44,199 nt of DNA from an uncultured Neglectibacter sp. (GTDB taxonomy: Bacteria > Bacillota > Clostridia > Oscillospirales > Acutalibacteraceae). The notes beneath the pieces were generated by a model. The model ran no database searches, was not told where the DNA came from, and saw only the letters and a list, made by a program, of their open reading frames with translations. Location: positions 1-44,199 of the forward strand of contig CAJFMJ010000001.1 of assembly GCA_904391645.1 (NCBI GenBank), in the 5' to 3' direction. Below, one piece after another: positions 27,715 through 39,078 of the stretch; positions within the stretch are counted from its first letter, which is position 1, and the number at the start of each line of letters is the position of its first letter. The position numbers and the translations under genes are program-made.

Positions 27715-29253
27715 ATGCGGAAAAACTTAAAAGCGAAAACTCTGGAATCCCTTTCCTCGGTCATGCCCATCACAGCCATTGTGCTGGTGCTCAGCTTCAC
27801 CCTGGCCCCTGAAATGCCTGTGGGGACGCTGATGATGTTCCTGCTGGGGGCCATCCTGCTGATTGTGGGCATGGGCTTTTTCTCCCTGGGGGCCGACATG
27901 GCCATGATGCCCATGGGCGACGGCGTGGGCGGCCAAGTGGTGCGCATAGGCAAGCGCTCCCTTTGGCCCATCATCCCCCTGGTGTTTTTGATCGGCGCCT
28001 TTATCACCATGGCAGAACCGGACTTGCAGGTGCTGGCAAACCAGGTGCCGGCCGTACCGGACATGGTGATCATCCTCACCGTGGCGGCCGGCGTGGGGGC
28101 CTTCCTGGTCCTTTCCGTGGTGAACACCCTGAAGCAGAAATTCTCCCTGAACAACCTGCTGCTGGTTTTGTACATCCTTGTGTTCGTCCTGGCCCTCTTT
28201 ATCCCTAAAGAATTCCAGGCCGTGGCCTTTGACGCCGGCGGCGTCACCACAGGGCCTATCACCGTACCCTTCATCATGGCCCTGGGCATTGGCGTGGCCG
28301 CCAGCCACCGGGGCAGTAAAAACTCGGAAGACAACAGCTTCGGCATGGTGGCCCTGTGCAGCATCGGACCGATTTTGGCAGTGCTGATTATGGGCCTGTG
28401 CCTCAACGGCGCGGAGATCGCCTACACCCCCTTCACCATCACAGACACCTACACCTCCCGGGAGGCGGGCATCCAGTTTTTACAAGGCCTGCCGGAATAT
28501 ATGAGGGAAGTGGCTTTGGGCCTGCTGCCGGTGGTGGTGTTCTTTGCCCTGTTCCAGATCTTTGCCCTGCACCTGAAAAAAGACGCCCTCATCCGTTTGG
28601 TCGTGGGCGTGGCCTACACCTATGTAGGCTTGGTGCTGTTTTTGACCGGCGTCAACGTGGGCTTTATGCCCGCCGGCAACTACCTGGGCGACGCCATTGC
28701 CAAGCTTCCCTATAACTGGGTGCTCATCCCCATTGGCATGGTGGTGGGCTACTTTATCGTGGCGGCGGAGCCTGCTGTCCACGTGCTGAACAAACAGGTG
28801 GAAGAGGTCACCGGCGGCGCTGTGCCCCAGCGGGCCATGAACTTGAGCCTGTCCATCGGCGTGGCCATTTCCGTGGGCCTGGCCATCACCCGGGTGCTCA
28901 CAGGCATTTCCATCCTGTGGTTCCTGCTCCCGGGCTACGCCATTGCCCTGATCCTCTCCCGGAAAGTCCCCAAGATCTTCACCGCCATTGCTTTTGACTC
29001 CGGCGGCGTGGCCAGCGGCCCCATGACGGCCACCTTCCTGCTGCCCTTTGCCATGGGCGCCTGCAACGCCCTGGGCGGCGATGTGCTCACCGACGCCTTT
29101 GGCATTGTGGCCATGGTGGCCATGACCCCCTTGGTGACCATCCAGTGTCTGGGAGCCTTCTACCAGTGGCGGCTGCACCGCACGGTGGAAGTCACCGAGG
29201 CCGAAACCTCGTCCATGCCCTCTGAGGACATCATCGAATTTGACGACGTGTAA
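27715..29253 (+). CDS. DUF1538-domain membrane protein (tandem repeat)
   Basis: Two homologous halves with AEP, AFDAGGVTTGP / AFDSGGVASGP and FGMVA / FGIVA; about 14 TM segments. Confidence 0.85.
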   Translation: MRKNLKAKTLESLSSVMPITAIVLVLSFTLAPEMPVGTLMMFLLGAILLIVGMGFFSLGADMAMMPMGDGVGGQVVRIGKRSLWPIIPLVFLIGAFITMAEPDLQVLANQVPAVPDMVIILTVAAGVGAFLVLSVVNTLKQKFSLNNLLLVLYILVFVLALFIPKEFQAVAFDAGGVTTGPITVPFIMALGIGVAASHRGSKNSEDNSFGMVALCSIGPILAVLIMGLCLNGAEIAYTPFTITDTYTSREAGIQFLQGLPEYMREVALGLLPVVVFFALFQIFALHLKKDALIRLVVGVAYTYVGLVLFLTGVNVGFMPAGNYLGDAIAKLPYNWVLIPIGMVVGYFIVAAEPAVHVLNKQVEEVTGGAVPQRAMNLSLSIGVAISVGLAITRVLTGISILWFLLPGYAIALILSRKVPKIFTAIAFDSGGVASGPMTATFLLPFAMGACNALGGDVLTDAFGIVAMVAMTPLVTIQCLGAFYQWRLHRTVEVTEAETSSMPSEDIIEFDDV

Positions 29254-29267
29254 GGAGGTAGCCTACC

Positions 29268-29957
29268 TTGGAACACTTTAAACTGATCATCACCCTGGTG
29301 GACCGGGGCAAAGGCGGCAAGGCGGTGGACCTGTATCGGAACCACCACCTCCACTTTGACTTTGCCTGCCTGGGGGCGGGCACGGCCAGCTCGAAGATCC
29401 TCAACTATTTCGGCCTGGATGAAACCTTGAAAGAGCTGGTGTGGACCCTGGCTCCCGAAAGCCGCATCCCACGGCTGCTGGGGGAAGTGCGCCGGGTGCT
29501 GGACCTGGATACCCCCGGCAAGGGCATCCTGTTCACCATCCCCCTGACGGGCATCAGCGCCCAGATCCCCCCTGTGCTCATCAAGCCGGAATACGAAGAA
29601 ACGGAGGAACCCTCTATGGAAAAGAAGAACACCCAGCCCCAGGGCCACCCCTACCAGCTGGTATTGACCATTGTCAACCGGGGCAATTCCGACCAGGTGA
29701 TGGAGGCTGCCCGCACCGCAGGGGCCAAAGGCGGCACTGTGATCAACGCACGGCGGGTGGGCTTTGAAGACGTGCAGAACGTCCTGGGCTTCACCCTCCA
29801 GCCGGAGAAGGAGATCGTGGCCATCCTGGTGCCCACAGAGCAAAAGCTCCCGGTGATGCAGGCCATCAACCGGGAAGCCGGGTTGAAAACCGACTGCCGG
29901 GGGGTGCTGTTCTCCCTGCCGGTGGACGACATCCTGGGTTTACAGGAGCTGCTGTAA
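29268..29957 (+). CDS. tandem P-II-like protein
   Basis: Two repeats with P-II-type features (LIITLVDRG..GAGTA..KE..PGKGILFTIP; LVLTIVNRG..GAKGGT..EKE..GVLFSLPV). TTG start with AAGGAGG RBS. Confidence 0.85.
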   Translation: MEHFKLIITLVDRGKGGKAVDLYRNHHLHFDFACLGAGTASSKILNYFGLDETLKELVWTLAPESRIPRLLGEVRRVLDLDTPGKGILFTIPLTGISAQIPPVLIKPEYEETEEPSMEKKNTQPQGHPYQLVLTIVNRGNSDQVMEAARTAGAKGGTVINARRVGFEDVQNVLGFTLQPEKEIVAILVPTEQKLPVMQAINREAGLKTDCRGVLFSLPVDDILGLQELL

Positions 29958-29973
29958 CCATTCGGACAACAAG

Positions 29974-30005
29974 AAACACCCTCCGCTGACGCGGGGGGTG
30001 TTTTT
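29974..30005. terminator. bidirectional terminator
   Basis: AAACACCCTCCGC-TGAC-GCGGGGGGTGTTTTT between the P-II gene and atpC. Confidence 0.75.
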
Positions 30006-30023
30006 CGCTTTTATAGGGCTTGT

Positions 30024-30431
30024 TTATTTGCCGGACTTTGCCTTCAAACGGGCCAGGGCTCGGGACAAGGCCGCCTGGGTCTGATAATACTCCTGCTGGC
30101 TCTGCTTTTGACGCAGCCGCTCCTCTGCCCGGCGCTTAGCCGCCAGGGCGCGGTTCCGGTCAATGTCCTCCGGGCGCTCGATGGTGGCAGCCAAAAGGAT
30201 CACCCGTTCGGGCATCACTTCCACGCAGCCATCGCTGGCCACGGCCACGTGCCACCGGCCTTCTTCATCCTGGAACCGCACGATCCCCGCGGTGATAGCG
30301 GTGACCATGGGCTCGTGGTTAGGCAGCACGCCGTAAGAGCCATCCAAACCAGGCAGGACGATCTGCTGGCAATTGCCGGAAAAGAAGATGTCCTGGGGGG
30401 AAACCATCTCCAGATAAAATGTGGACGCCAT
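30024..30431 (-). CDS. atpC: ATP synthase F1 epsilon subunit
   Basis: GSYGVLPNHEPM, DIDRNRA..AK.RAE..L, LSRALARL. Confidence 0.95.
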   Translation of the reverse strand: MASTFYLEMVSPQDIFFSGNCQQIVLPGLDGSYGVLPNHEPMVTAITAGIVRFQDEEGRWHVAVASDGCVEVMPERVILLAATIERPEDIDRNRALAAKRRAEERLRQKQSQQEYYQTQAALSRALARLKAKSGK

Positions 30432-30442
30432 AGACAGCCTCC

Positions 30443-31849
<1,407 letters not shown>

Positions 31850-31901
31850 CTATACGTATCTCGGGGAATCGCTCCCCGGTTCATTTCTCATTAAACAGGC
31901 C

Positions 31902-32792
31902 TTACCCCTGCTTGGTGGCTTCCGCACCGCCGGCGATCTCGGTGATCTCCTGGGTGATGGCCCCCTGGCGGGCACGGTTGAACTCCAAGGACAGGGTCTT
32001 GAGCATCTCCCGGGCGCTCTCAGAAGCGGAATCCATGGCGGTCATCCGGGAGTTCTGCTCGCTACAGAAGGACTCCACCAGCGCAGCGAACAGATAGCCC
32101 CGCAGCACACCGGGCACCAGCACATCCAGCACCGCCTCGGGAGAGGGCTCATAGCGCACCACGTCCCGGTACTGATCGGCCTCGCTCAAGCCCCGGCGGG
32201 CGCTGAGCATAGCCCGGTCCAAGGGCAGCAGCTTGATGATCTCCGGCTCCATGCGCATGGCAGAGTAGGAATGGGTGAACACCAGGTACACTTCATCCAG
32301 GGCGCCCCGCTCATACAGGTCCATCATGGTATTGACGATCTCCTGAGCCCGTTCCAAGGTGGGGTCCTGGGCTGTATACATAAACTCCGCGTCAATGGGG
32401 ATGTTCTTCTTTTCAAAGTAGTGCCGTCCCATCTGGCCGATCAGGAACAAGGTGGGATCCTTTTTCCGGGCCAGGTAGGTTTCTGCCAGCCGCAACACAT
32501 TGTGGTTATAGGCGCCGGCCAAGCCTTTGTCGCCGGTGACCACGATAAACCCGGTCTTGCGGTTCTCCTTGGGGATCTCGTGCCCCTCAATGAACCGGTG
32601 CTTCAAATCCGGGGAGTGGCGGAAGATGTCCAGCACGGTTTTGGCCAGCTTGTCAAAGTAGGGCTCCACATCGGCAAGCTGCTTCCGGGCCTTCTTCACC
32701 TTGGCAGAGGAGATCAGGTACATGGCGTTGGTGATCTTCAGCGTCTGCTGGACGCTCTGCATCCGGGTGCGGATTTCGGTTATGCCTGCCAT
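31902..32792 (-). CDS. atpG: ATP synthase F1 gamma subunit
   Basis: [40 protein letters not shown]. Confidence 0.97.
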   Translation of the reverse strand: MAGITEIRTRMQSVQQTLKITNAMYLISSAKVKKARKQLADVEPYFDKLAKTVLDIFRHSPDLKHRFIEGHEIPKENRKTGFIVVTGDKGLAGAYNHNVLRLAETYLARKKDPTLFLIGQMGRHYFEKKNIPIDAEFMYTAQDPTLERAQEIVNTMMDLYERGALDEVYLVFTHSYSAMRMEPEIIKLLPLDRAMLSARRGLSEADQYRDVVRYEPSPEAVLDVLVPGVLRGYLFAALVESFCSEQNSRMTAMDSASESAREMLKTLSLEFNRARQGAITQEITEIAGGAEATKQG

Positions 32793-34300
32793 GTGGCGCT
32801 CACCTGCTTTTTATAGGTTTCGCAGCACTCCCGGATGAGCTGTTCCCCTTCGGGGGAAAGCTCGCCGGTGCTGTCGATGGATTCCATCAATTCCGGGTGG
32901 GTCTGCTGCACAAAGTCTGCCAAGCCCCAGGCCACTTCCCGGGTGCGCTCCACCGGCACATCGGCCAACAGTTTTTGGGTGGCCGCATACAGGATGACCA
33001 CCTGCCGGGACACGCTCATGGGATGGTACAGGGGCTGCTTCAAGATCTCCACCAGCCGGTTGCCGTGTTCCAAAGCCTCTTTGGTGGCGGGGTCCAAGTC
33101 GGAGCTGAACTGGGTGAACACTTCCAGCTCCCGGAACTGGGCCAGGTCGATCCGCAGGGAGCCTGCGATCTTCTTCACAGCCTTGGTCTGGGCAGCGCCG
33201 CCCACACGGGACACGGACAGGCCCACGTTGACGGCGGGCCGCACGCCGGAAAGGAACAGGTTGCTCTCCAGATACAGCTGGCCGTCGGTGATGGAGATGA
33301 CGTTGGTGGGGATATAGGCGGACACATCGCCTGCCTGGGTTTCGATGATGGGCAGGGCAGTGATGGAACCGCCGCCGTACTCAGGAGCCATGCGGCAGGC
33401 ACGCTCCAGCAGACGGGAGTGGAGGTAGAACACATCGCCGGGGTAGGCTTCACGGCCGGGGGACCGGCGCAGCAGCAGGGACAGGGTCCGGTAAGCCACG
33501 GCGTGCTTGGACAGGTCGTCGTAGACAATGAGCACGTCCTTGCCCTTGCTCATAAAGTACTCGGCAATGGCCACGCCGGAATAGGGTGCGATGTACTGCA
33601 CGGGGGCAGGCTCGCTGGCAGAAGCGCTGAGGATGATGCTGTACTCCATGGCGCCTGCCTTTTCCAGGCTGTTGTAGATCTTGGCCACGGTGGAATTCTT
33701 CTGGCCAATGGCCACATAAATGCAAATCACATCCTGGCCCTTCTGGTTCAGGATGGTGTCCACTGCGATGGAGGTCTTGCCGGTCTGCCGGTCGCCAATG
33801 ATCAGCTCACGCTGGCCCCGGCCGATGGGCACCATGGCATCCACCGCCAAAATGCCGGTCTGCATGGGCACGGTGACAGGTTCCCGGGTGACCACACCGG
33901 AGGCTTCCCGCTCGATGGGGCGGGTTTCCGTGGTGTGGATGGGGCCCTTCCCGTCAATGGGCGCTCCCAGGGCGTCGATGACCCGGCCCAGCATCTCTTC
34001 CCCGGCGGGGACATCTGCCCGGCGGCCGGTGCGGCGCACCAAGTCGCCTTCCTCAATGCCCTCTTCCGGGCCCAGGAGGGCGCAGCCCACGCTGCCGGTT
34101 TCCAGGTTCATGGCCAGGGCTTTCACCCCGTTTTCAAATTCCAGCAGCTCGCCGTACATGACGTTTTCCAAGCCATACACGGTGGCGATACCGTCGCCCA
34201 CCTGAACGACGGAGCCGGTTTCACTGACCTGAGTTTTTCCCTCGTACTGGGAAATTTCTTCTTTCAGTATGGATACGATTTCTTCCGGTTTGCCGTTCAA
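32780..34300 (-). CDS. atpA: ATP synthase F1 alpha subunit
   Basis: [44 protein letters not shown] start. Confidence 0.98.
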   Translation of the reverse strand: MNGKPEEIVSILKEEISQYEGKTQVSETGSVVQVGDGIATVYGLENVMYGELLEFENGVKALAMNLETGSVGCALLGPEEGIEEGDLVRRTGRRADVPAGEEMLGRVIDALGAPIDGKGPIHTTETRPIEREASGVVTREPVTVPMQTGILAVDAMVPIGRGQRELIIGDRQTGKTSIAVDTILNQKGQDVICIYVAIGQKNSTVAKIYNSLEKAGAMEYSIILSASASEPAPVQYIAPYSGVAIAEYFMSKGKDVLIVYDDLSKHAVAYRTLSLLLRRSPGREAYPGDVFYLHSRLLERACRMAPEYGGGSITALPIIETQAGDVSAYIPTNVISITDGQLYLESNLFLSGVRPAVNVGLSVSRVGGAAQTKAVKKIAGSLRIDLAQFRELEVFTQFSSDLDPATKEALEHGNRLVEILKQPLYHPMSVSRQVVILYAATQKLLADVPVERTREVAWGLADFVQQTHPELMESIDSTGELSPEGEQLIRECCETYKKQVSATWQA

Positions 34301-34303
34301 AGC

Positions 34304-34822
34304 TTATTCCCTCTCTTTCAGCGAGCGCCGCAGGCCCCGCAGCATACTCCGCACACTCTTGTCATAGGTGACGCCTTCCAGCTGGATGACGAAGCCCCCC
34401 AGCAACTGGGGATCCACCACCACCTGGAATTCCACTTTGGAAAGGCCGTGGCGTTTCTGGAGCGCCTTCCCGATCCGTTCCAAGTCCTCCGGGGAAGGCT
34501 CCCGGGCACAGGTGAACACCCCCTGGGCCCCGCCCTCCGCCTTCAGCTTCAGCTGGTGATACCGCTCTACCACAGCAGGCAGCAGCGAAAGCCGTTCCCG
34601 GCGGCACAGCAGCCGGAAAAAGCTTAAAAGCACAGGGTCATCCCCCTGCCCCAGCAGGCGGCACAGCACCCTGTCCTTTTCCACAGCGGGAATACAGGGG
34701 TTTAAAAGTGCCTTCCACAGGGCAGCGTCCCCGGTGAGCAACTGAGCCCCGGCACGCAGGCCCTCCTCGTTCTGGGTCAGCTCAAACAGCGCCAAGGCAT
34801 AGCGGTTTTCCAGGGTCCTCAT
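34304..34822 (-). CDS. atpH: ATP synthase delta subunit
   Basis: RYALALF, DPQLLGG, YDKSV; operon position. Confidence 0.93.
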   Translation of the reverse strand: MRTLENRYALALFELTQNEEGLRAGAQLLTGDAALWKALLNPCIPAVEKDRVLCRLLGQGDDPVLLSFFRLLCRRERLSLLPAVVERYHQLKLKAEGGAQGVFTCAREPSPEDLERIGKALQKRHGLSKVEFQVVVDPQLLGGFVIQLEGVTYDKSVRSMLRGLRRSLKERE

Positions 34823-35313
34823 AGCTTGTCACCATCCGCTTCCGAAAGGAAGGAATCCACCAGCTTGCGGTCCGAATCCTGGTCCAGCTCCTTTTGGGAG
34901 AGCTTGGAGGCGGTGAGCAGCACCAGCTCGGTGACGTTTTCCTGCACGCCACGGAGCATATCCTCCCGCTCCCGCTCCATTTCCGCCCGGGAGCGTTCCT
35001 TTTCCTTTTGGGCGTCCTGCTTGGCAGCACTCAAAATAGAACTGTACTCCTGCTGGCCACGGACCTTTGCCTCGGAAACGATCTGGGCGGCCTGGGCATG
35101 GGCACCTTGCAGTTTCTCCTCATACTGGGCCGTCAACTCATGGGCCTTTTGCTTTTGGTCTTCCGCGTCTTTCAGGTTGTTTTCGATCTCCGCCGTGCGG
35201 CTTTCCATCATTTCGGTGATGGGCTTAAAGAGGAAACGCTTCAACAGCAGGAAGAGCACCAGAAGATTTATAATGGTCCAAACAAGGTCCCAATTCAAAT
35301 TCAATAGGCTCAC
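34819..35313 (-). CDS. atpF: ATP synthase F0 b subunit
   Basis: N-terminal TM helix, FLFKPI, coiled coil. GTG start. Confidence 0.95.
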   Translation of the reverse strand: MSLLNLNWDLVWTIINLLVLFLLLKRFLFKPITEMMESRTAEIENNLKDAEDQKQKAHELTAQYEEKLQGAHAQAAQIVSEAKVRGQQEYSSILSAAKQDAQKEKERSRAEMEREREDMLRGVQENVTELVLLTASKLSQKELDQDSDRKLVDSFLSEADGDKL

Positions 35314-35354
35314 GCCAACGCGCTCCTTTCCCGTGTTTTTTGTCCGTTCCCTGT

Positions 35355-35585
<231 letters not shown>

Positions 35586-35654
35586 TTAAAATAAGTTCTC
35601 TCCAATTTTTCTATGAATAACGGGGAACCCCGTCCATTCCAAAAGGGAAGTTTG

Positions 35655-36338
35655 TCACTCCATGGTTTCCTGGGTGAACATGGCGGTGAGGAACACAAAC
35701 ACCACCGCCTGGATGATGCCGTCAAACACATCGAAATACAGGCTCATTGCCATGGGCAAAATGGCTGGGATGGCCAGCTTCAGAAGCTCCATGATGATGA
35801 AGGCCCCCAGCACATTGCCGAACAGCCGCATACACAAAGACAGCGGCCGGATGATGATCTCCATCACGTTGATGGGCAGCAGCATAGGGTTGGGCTCCAG
35901 AAACTTGTGCAGCCCGCCTTTGAGGCCCTTATACCGGAAGCTGGAGCCATAGATCAGCCCGCAGCTCATCAGGGCCAGGCCCGCAGTGACATTCAGGTCT
36001 TTTGTGGGGGGCGTGATGCCGAACATCCCGATCATATTGGCCACGCCCAAGTACAGGCCAATGGTGCCAAAATAGGGTGCAAAGCTCTTCCAGTGCTTGC
36101 CCATATACTTTTTTGCAAAGTTGTTCATAAAGCCCACATACAGCTCCGCCACCAGCTGGCGTTTGCCAGGGACTTTTTTCAAATTCCGCGTTAAAATGAT
36201 GGACAACACCACCAAAAAGGCCATGACCCCCCAGGTGATGACCACCGACTCCCCCACAGGGATGCCCCCGAAAATGGGGATAGTAAACGCGGTTCGGTTG
36301 TTCAACTCCTCAACTAGTTTGTCGCGGATTCCTTCCAA
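35655..36338 (-). CDS. atpB: ATP synthase F0 a subunit
   Basis: PPTKDLN, SLCMRLFGN, IQAVVF. TTG start inferred from the GAGGGTGG RBS. Confidence 0.95.
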   Translation of the reverse strand: MEGIRDKLVEELNNRTAFTIPIFGGIPVGESVVITWGVMAFLVVLSIILTRNLKKVPGKRQLVAELYVGFMNNFAKKYMGKHWKSFAPYFGTIGLYLGVANMIGMFGITPPTKDLNVTAGLALMSCGLIYGSSFRYKGLKGGLHKFLEPNPMLLPINVMEIIIRPLSLCMRLFGNVLGAFIIMELLKLAIPAILPMAMSLYFDVFDGIIQAVVFVFLTAMFTQETME

Positions 36339-36430
36339 AGAACCACCCTCTTGCTCGTGAAACTGTGTAAAAACACCCTTAAAATTCTGGTGAAAAGGTG
36401 AATGCATTTTCGCCATTTCTTCTATTGTCC

Positions 36431-36459
36431 AGGATACACCTTTCCATTTTCAGTGTCAA
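36431..36459 (-). promoter_or_regulatory. sigma-A promoter of the atp operon
   Basis: TTGACA-17 nt-TATCCT on the minus strand. Confidence 0.7.
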
Positions 36460-36579
36460 GCTTCGGTAAAAACAATTGTGGATGCAACTAAATTGTTTTC
36501 TTTCTGACAAAAAAAAACCGTCAAATTGCAGGGCGGCAAACCACCCTTTCCCACGCCCTGGAACCTTTCTGCAAACGCA

Positions 36580-36610
36580 AGAAGGGCGGGACTTTTGTCC
36601 CGCCCCCCTT
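36580..36610 (-). terminator. terminator after htrA
   Basis: GGGCGGGAC-TTTT-GTCCCGCCC hairpin. Confidence 0.6.
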
Positions 36611-36654
36611 GCTTGAAAAAGGAGATTTATGAAAAAGAAACTTGTACTCGAAAG

Positions 36655-38196
36655 TTAATTGGAACTGGATTCACCGCTCAAACCAGTGTTCTCTGAAAGA
36701 ACCAGCTCGATCTCCACGTTCTTGCCAGTGGAGTAGCGGTACACCGTGAGTTTCACAGTATCACCGGGCTTCTTGTCGGCGATATAGGTGGCGATGGTGT
36801 TGGCACTGGTCACCTGGGTGTCGTCAATGGCGGTGATGATGTCGTTGGCCTGCAGCCCAGAACGGGCGGCCTCCTCACTGCTGACTTCGCCCACCAGGAA
36901 CCCGGAGGGCACGTTGTTCCACGCAGCTTGCAGGGCGTTCAGGTAGTACCCAGTGATGCCCAGCATAGGACGGTCTTTCACATAGCCATATTCCATCAGG
37001 TCGGTGACAATGGGCTGTACCGTGTCCGCAGGGATTGCAAACCCAAGGCCTTCATATTCCGTGGCGGAGATCTTGGAAGAGTTGATACCCACCACGCGGC
37101 CATTCATGTCCACCAGAGCGCCGCCGGAGTTACCGGGGTTGATCGCCGCATCGGTCTGGATGCAGTTGACGGTGTAGCCGGTTTCACTGTTGGTGACAGG
37201 ACGGTTCAAAGCGGAAACGTAACCAAAGGTCACGCTGGAACTCAGCTGCATGCCGCCGGGGTTGCCAATGGCCATCACTTCATCACCCACCTGCAAATCT
37301 GCGGAATCCGCAAATTCCGCGGCGGTCAGGCCAGTGGCCTCAATCTTGATCACAGCCAGGTCGGTCTGGGTATCCTCACCCACCAAAGTGGCCTCGTAAG
37401 AGGCGCCGTCGGAGGTGACGACCTCCAGCTTGCTGGCGCCGTCGACCACGTGCTGGTTGGTGACGATATAACCGTCCTCGGAGATGATGATGCCGGAACC
37501 TTCCCCAGCCAGGGAGCCAGCGGAATCGCTATCGCCGCCGGAGTTGCTGAAGAAGAACCCCTGGGTTGTGATCTGGTAATTCTGGATGCACACCACAGAG
37601 GGGATCATCTTCTGGGCGGCTTCCTGGCGGGTGATGCTGTCGGTGGAAACCACATTGCTGGTATCCTCGCCGCTGTCCGCGTTTTTATACAAAGTAAAGG
37701 CTGCCGTTTTACTGGAGCCGGTACTCTCCACATTGACCACGCCCGTTTGGATCAGCGCGGCAAAGATGCCCACCGATGCAAAGGAAACCATGGCGCAGCA
37801 CAGCACCGCGGCCACTGCCCGCAGGGCAAATTTCTTTGCCTTTTTGCCGTCCCGGGGCTTTTTGGCCTTGGGGGGCTGGGCGGGGGTGTAATAGGGAACA
37901 TTGCTCTGCTGCGTGGCGCCGTTCCAGGTGTAGGTGCTCTGGGGCTGGCTGCCATACTGCCAACCGGTCTGGGTGGGATAGGGCGTCTGCTGGCCCTGCC
38001 CGCCATAAGGGGCGCCATCCTGGCCGGTGGTGCCTGTTTCAGGGGCACGTTCCTTTACCTGGTCCGCTGTGTAGTGATACTCCGCAGAGGACTGGGTGGA
38101 GGCTTCCTGAGGGGCGTTTCCTTCGTTCTCTTTATTTTGATGCAACGGATCGTTGGTGTTGTTCATTTGATTGGTGTCATAGGGATCGTTATACAT
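36655..38196 (-). CDS. htrA: HtrA/DegP-like serine protease with PDZ domain
   Basis: Long disordered N-terminus, TM helix, GSG, TNQHV, DLAV, QTDAAINPGNSGG, PDZ domain. Confidence 0.94.
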   Translation of the reverse strand: MYNDPYDTNQMNNTNDPLHQNKENEGNAPQEASTQSSAEYHYTADQVKERAPETGTTGQDGAPYGGQGQQTPYPTQTGWQYGSQPQSTYTWNGATQQSNVPYYTPAQPPKAKKPRDGKKAKKFALRAVAAVLCCAMVSFASVGIFAALIQTGVVNVESTGSSKTAAFTLYKNADSGEDTSNVVSTDSITRQEAAQKMIPSVVCIQNYQITTQGFFFSNSGGDSDSAGSLAGEGSGIIISEDGYIVTNQHVVDGASKLEVVTSDGASYEATLVGEDTQTDLAVIKIEATGLTAAEFADSADLQVGDEVMAIGNPGGMQLSSSVTFGYVSALNRPVTNSETGYTVNCIQTDAAINPGNSGGALVDMNGRVVGINSSKISATEYEGLGFAIPADTVQPIVTDLMEYGYVKDRPMLGITGYYLNALQAAWNNVPSGFLVGEVSSEEAARSGLQANDIITAIDDTQVTSANTIATYIADKKPGDTVKLTVYRYSTGKNVEIELVLSENTGLSGESSSN

Positions 38197-38282
38197 AAAC
38201 CATTGCTCCTTTCCAAAGCAAAGCGCTGGACTAAAAAGTTCACACAAGGGCTTTTTCGCTCTTCTTCCCTTGTTGTGCCTTT

Positions 38283-38314
38283 ATTATCCCCTAGCTATGT
38301 GAAAAGGATGTGAA
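38283..38314 (-). promoter_or_regulatory. OmpR/CssR-type direct repeat and -10 box upstream of htrA
   Basis: Minus strand TTCACAT-N4-TTCACAT followed 8 nt later by GATAAT; no consensus -35. Confidence 0.6.
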
Positions 38315-38386
38315 GGCTTATGGATTCTTCCATGATTTTTCAAAAATATTTTTTGAAAAGCTTTCCCCGGCAGCCCGGGCTGGAAG

Positions 38387-38956
38387 TTATCCCAACTTTT
38401 CCAACAGGTGGCTTTTCTTCAATGCCATCCGCACAGCCGCGCACAGCGGCACGGATACCACCACGGCAATCACGGCGTTCACCCCTGAGGTGACGGCCTT
38501 TGTGCCCACAGCTACCAACACCGGCACCAAAGCGTTGCCCAGCAGCAGCCCCTCAATGAAGCTTTTGCCCAGGTACAGCACCATGTAGGCAGCGCTGCCC
38601 GCCACACCGGCCAGGATGTTCTGGCCGTGGCGTTCTGCCCGGCTTCCGCGGGCATAGGCCACCCAGCCGCACACAGCGGCCAGCAAAAACTTAAACACAA
38701 ACGTGAAAGGCGCCGAGGCGATATACGCCGGGTTGGTCACATCGTACAGGGCGGAGCCAAGGCCCGCCGCCAAACCGCCTGCCACAGGTCCCAGCACAAA
38801 GCCGGAAAGCAGGCAGAAGATATTCCCCAGATGGATGCGGGTCACATCCCCAATTGCCACCGGGATGGGCACGCTGAGCATACTGGACACGAACACCAGG
38901 GCGGCAAAAACAGCCGTCAAGGTAACGCGGTAAATGGCTTTCTTTTCTTGTGCCAT
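38387..38956 (-). CDS. ECF transporter S component
   Basis: AxxxA motif in TM1 (AVFAA), IHLGN, GSALYD; about 5-6 TM segments. Confidence 0.88.
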   Translation of the reverse strand: MAQEKKAIYRVTLTAVFAALVFVSSMLSVPIPVAIGDVTRIHLGNIFCLLSGFVLGPVAGGLAAGLGSALYDVTNPAYIASAPFTFVFKFLLAAVCGWVAYARGSRAERHGQNILAGVAGSAAYMVLYLGKSFIEGLLLGNALVPVLVAVGTKAVTSGVNAVIAVVVSVPLCAAVRMALKKSHLLEKLG

Positions 38957-39078
38957 ATTGTCCTCTTCTCTCTGGGCGCGGCCCTCCAACCGAAAAAGGT
39001 TATAGGCCACAGCCTTATTATACACCACTTCGACAGATTTCGCCAGTGGTTTTTTCCATATTTTCCGGGCTTTTTCCC

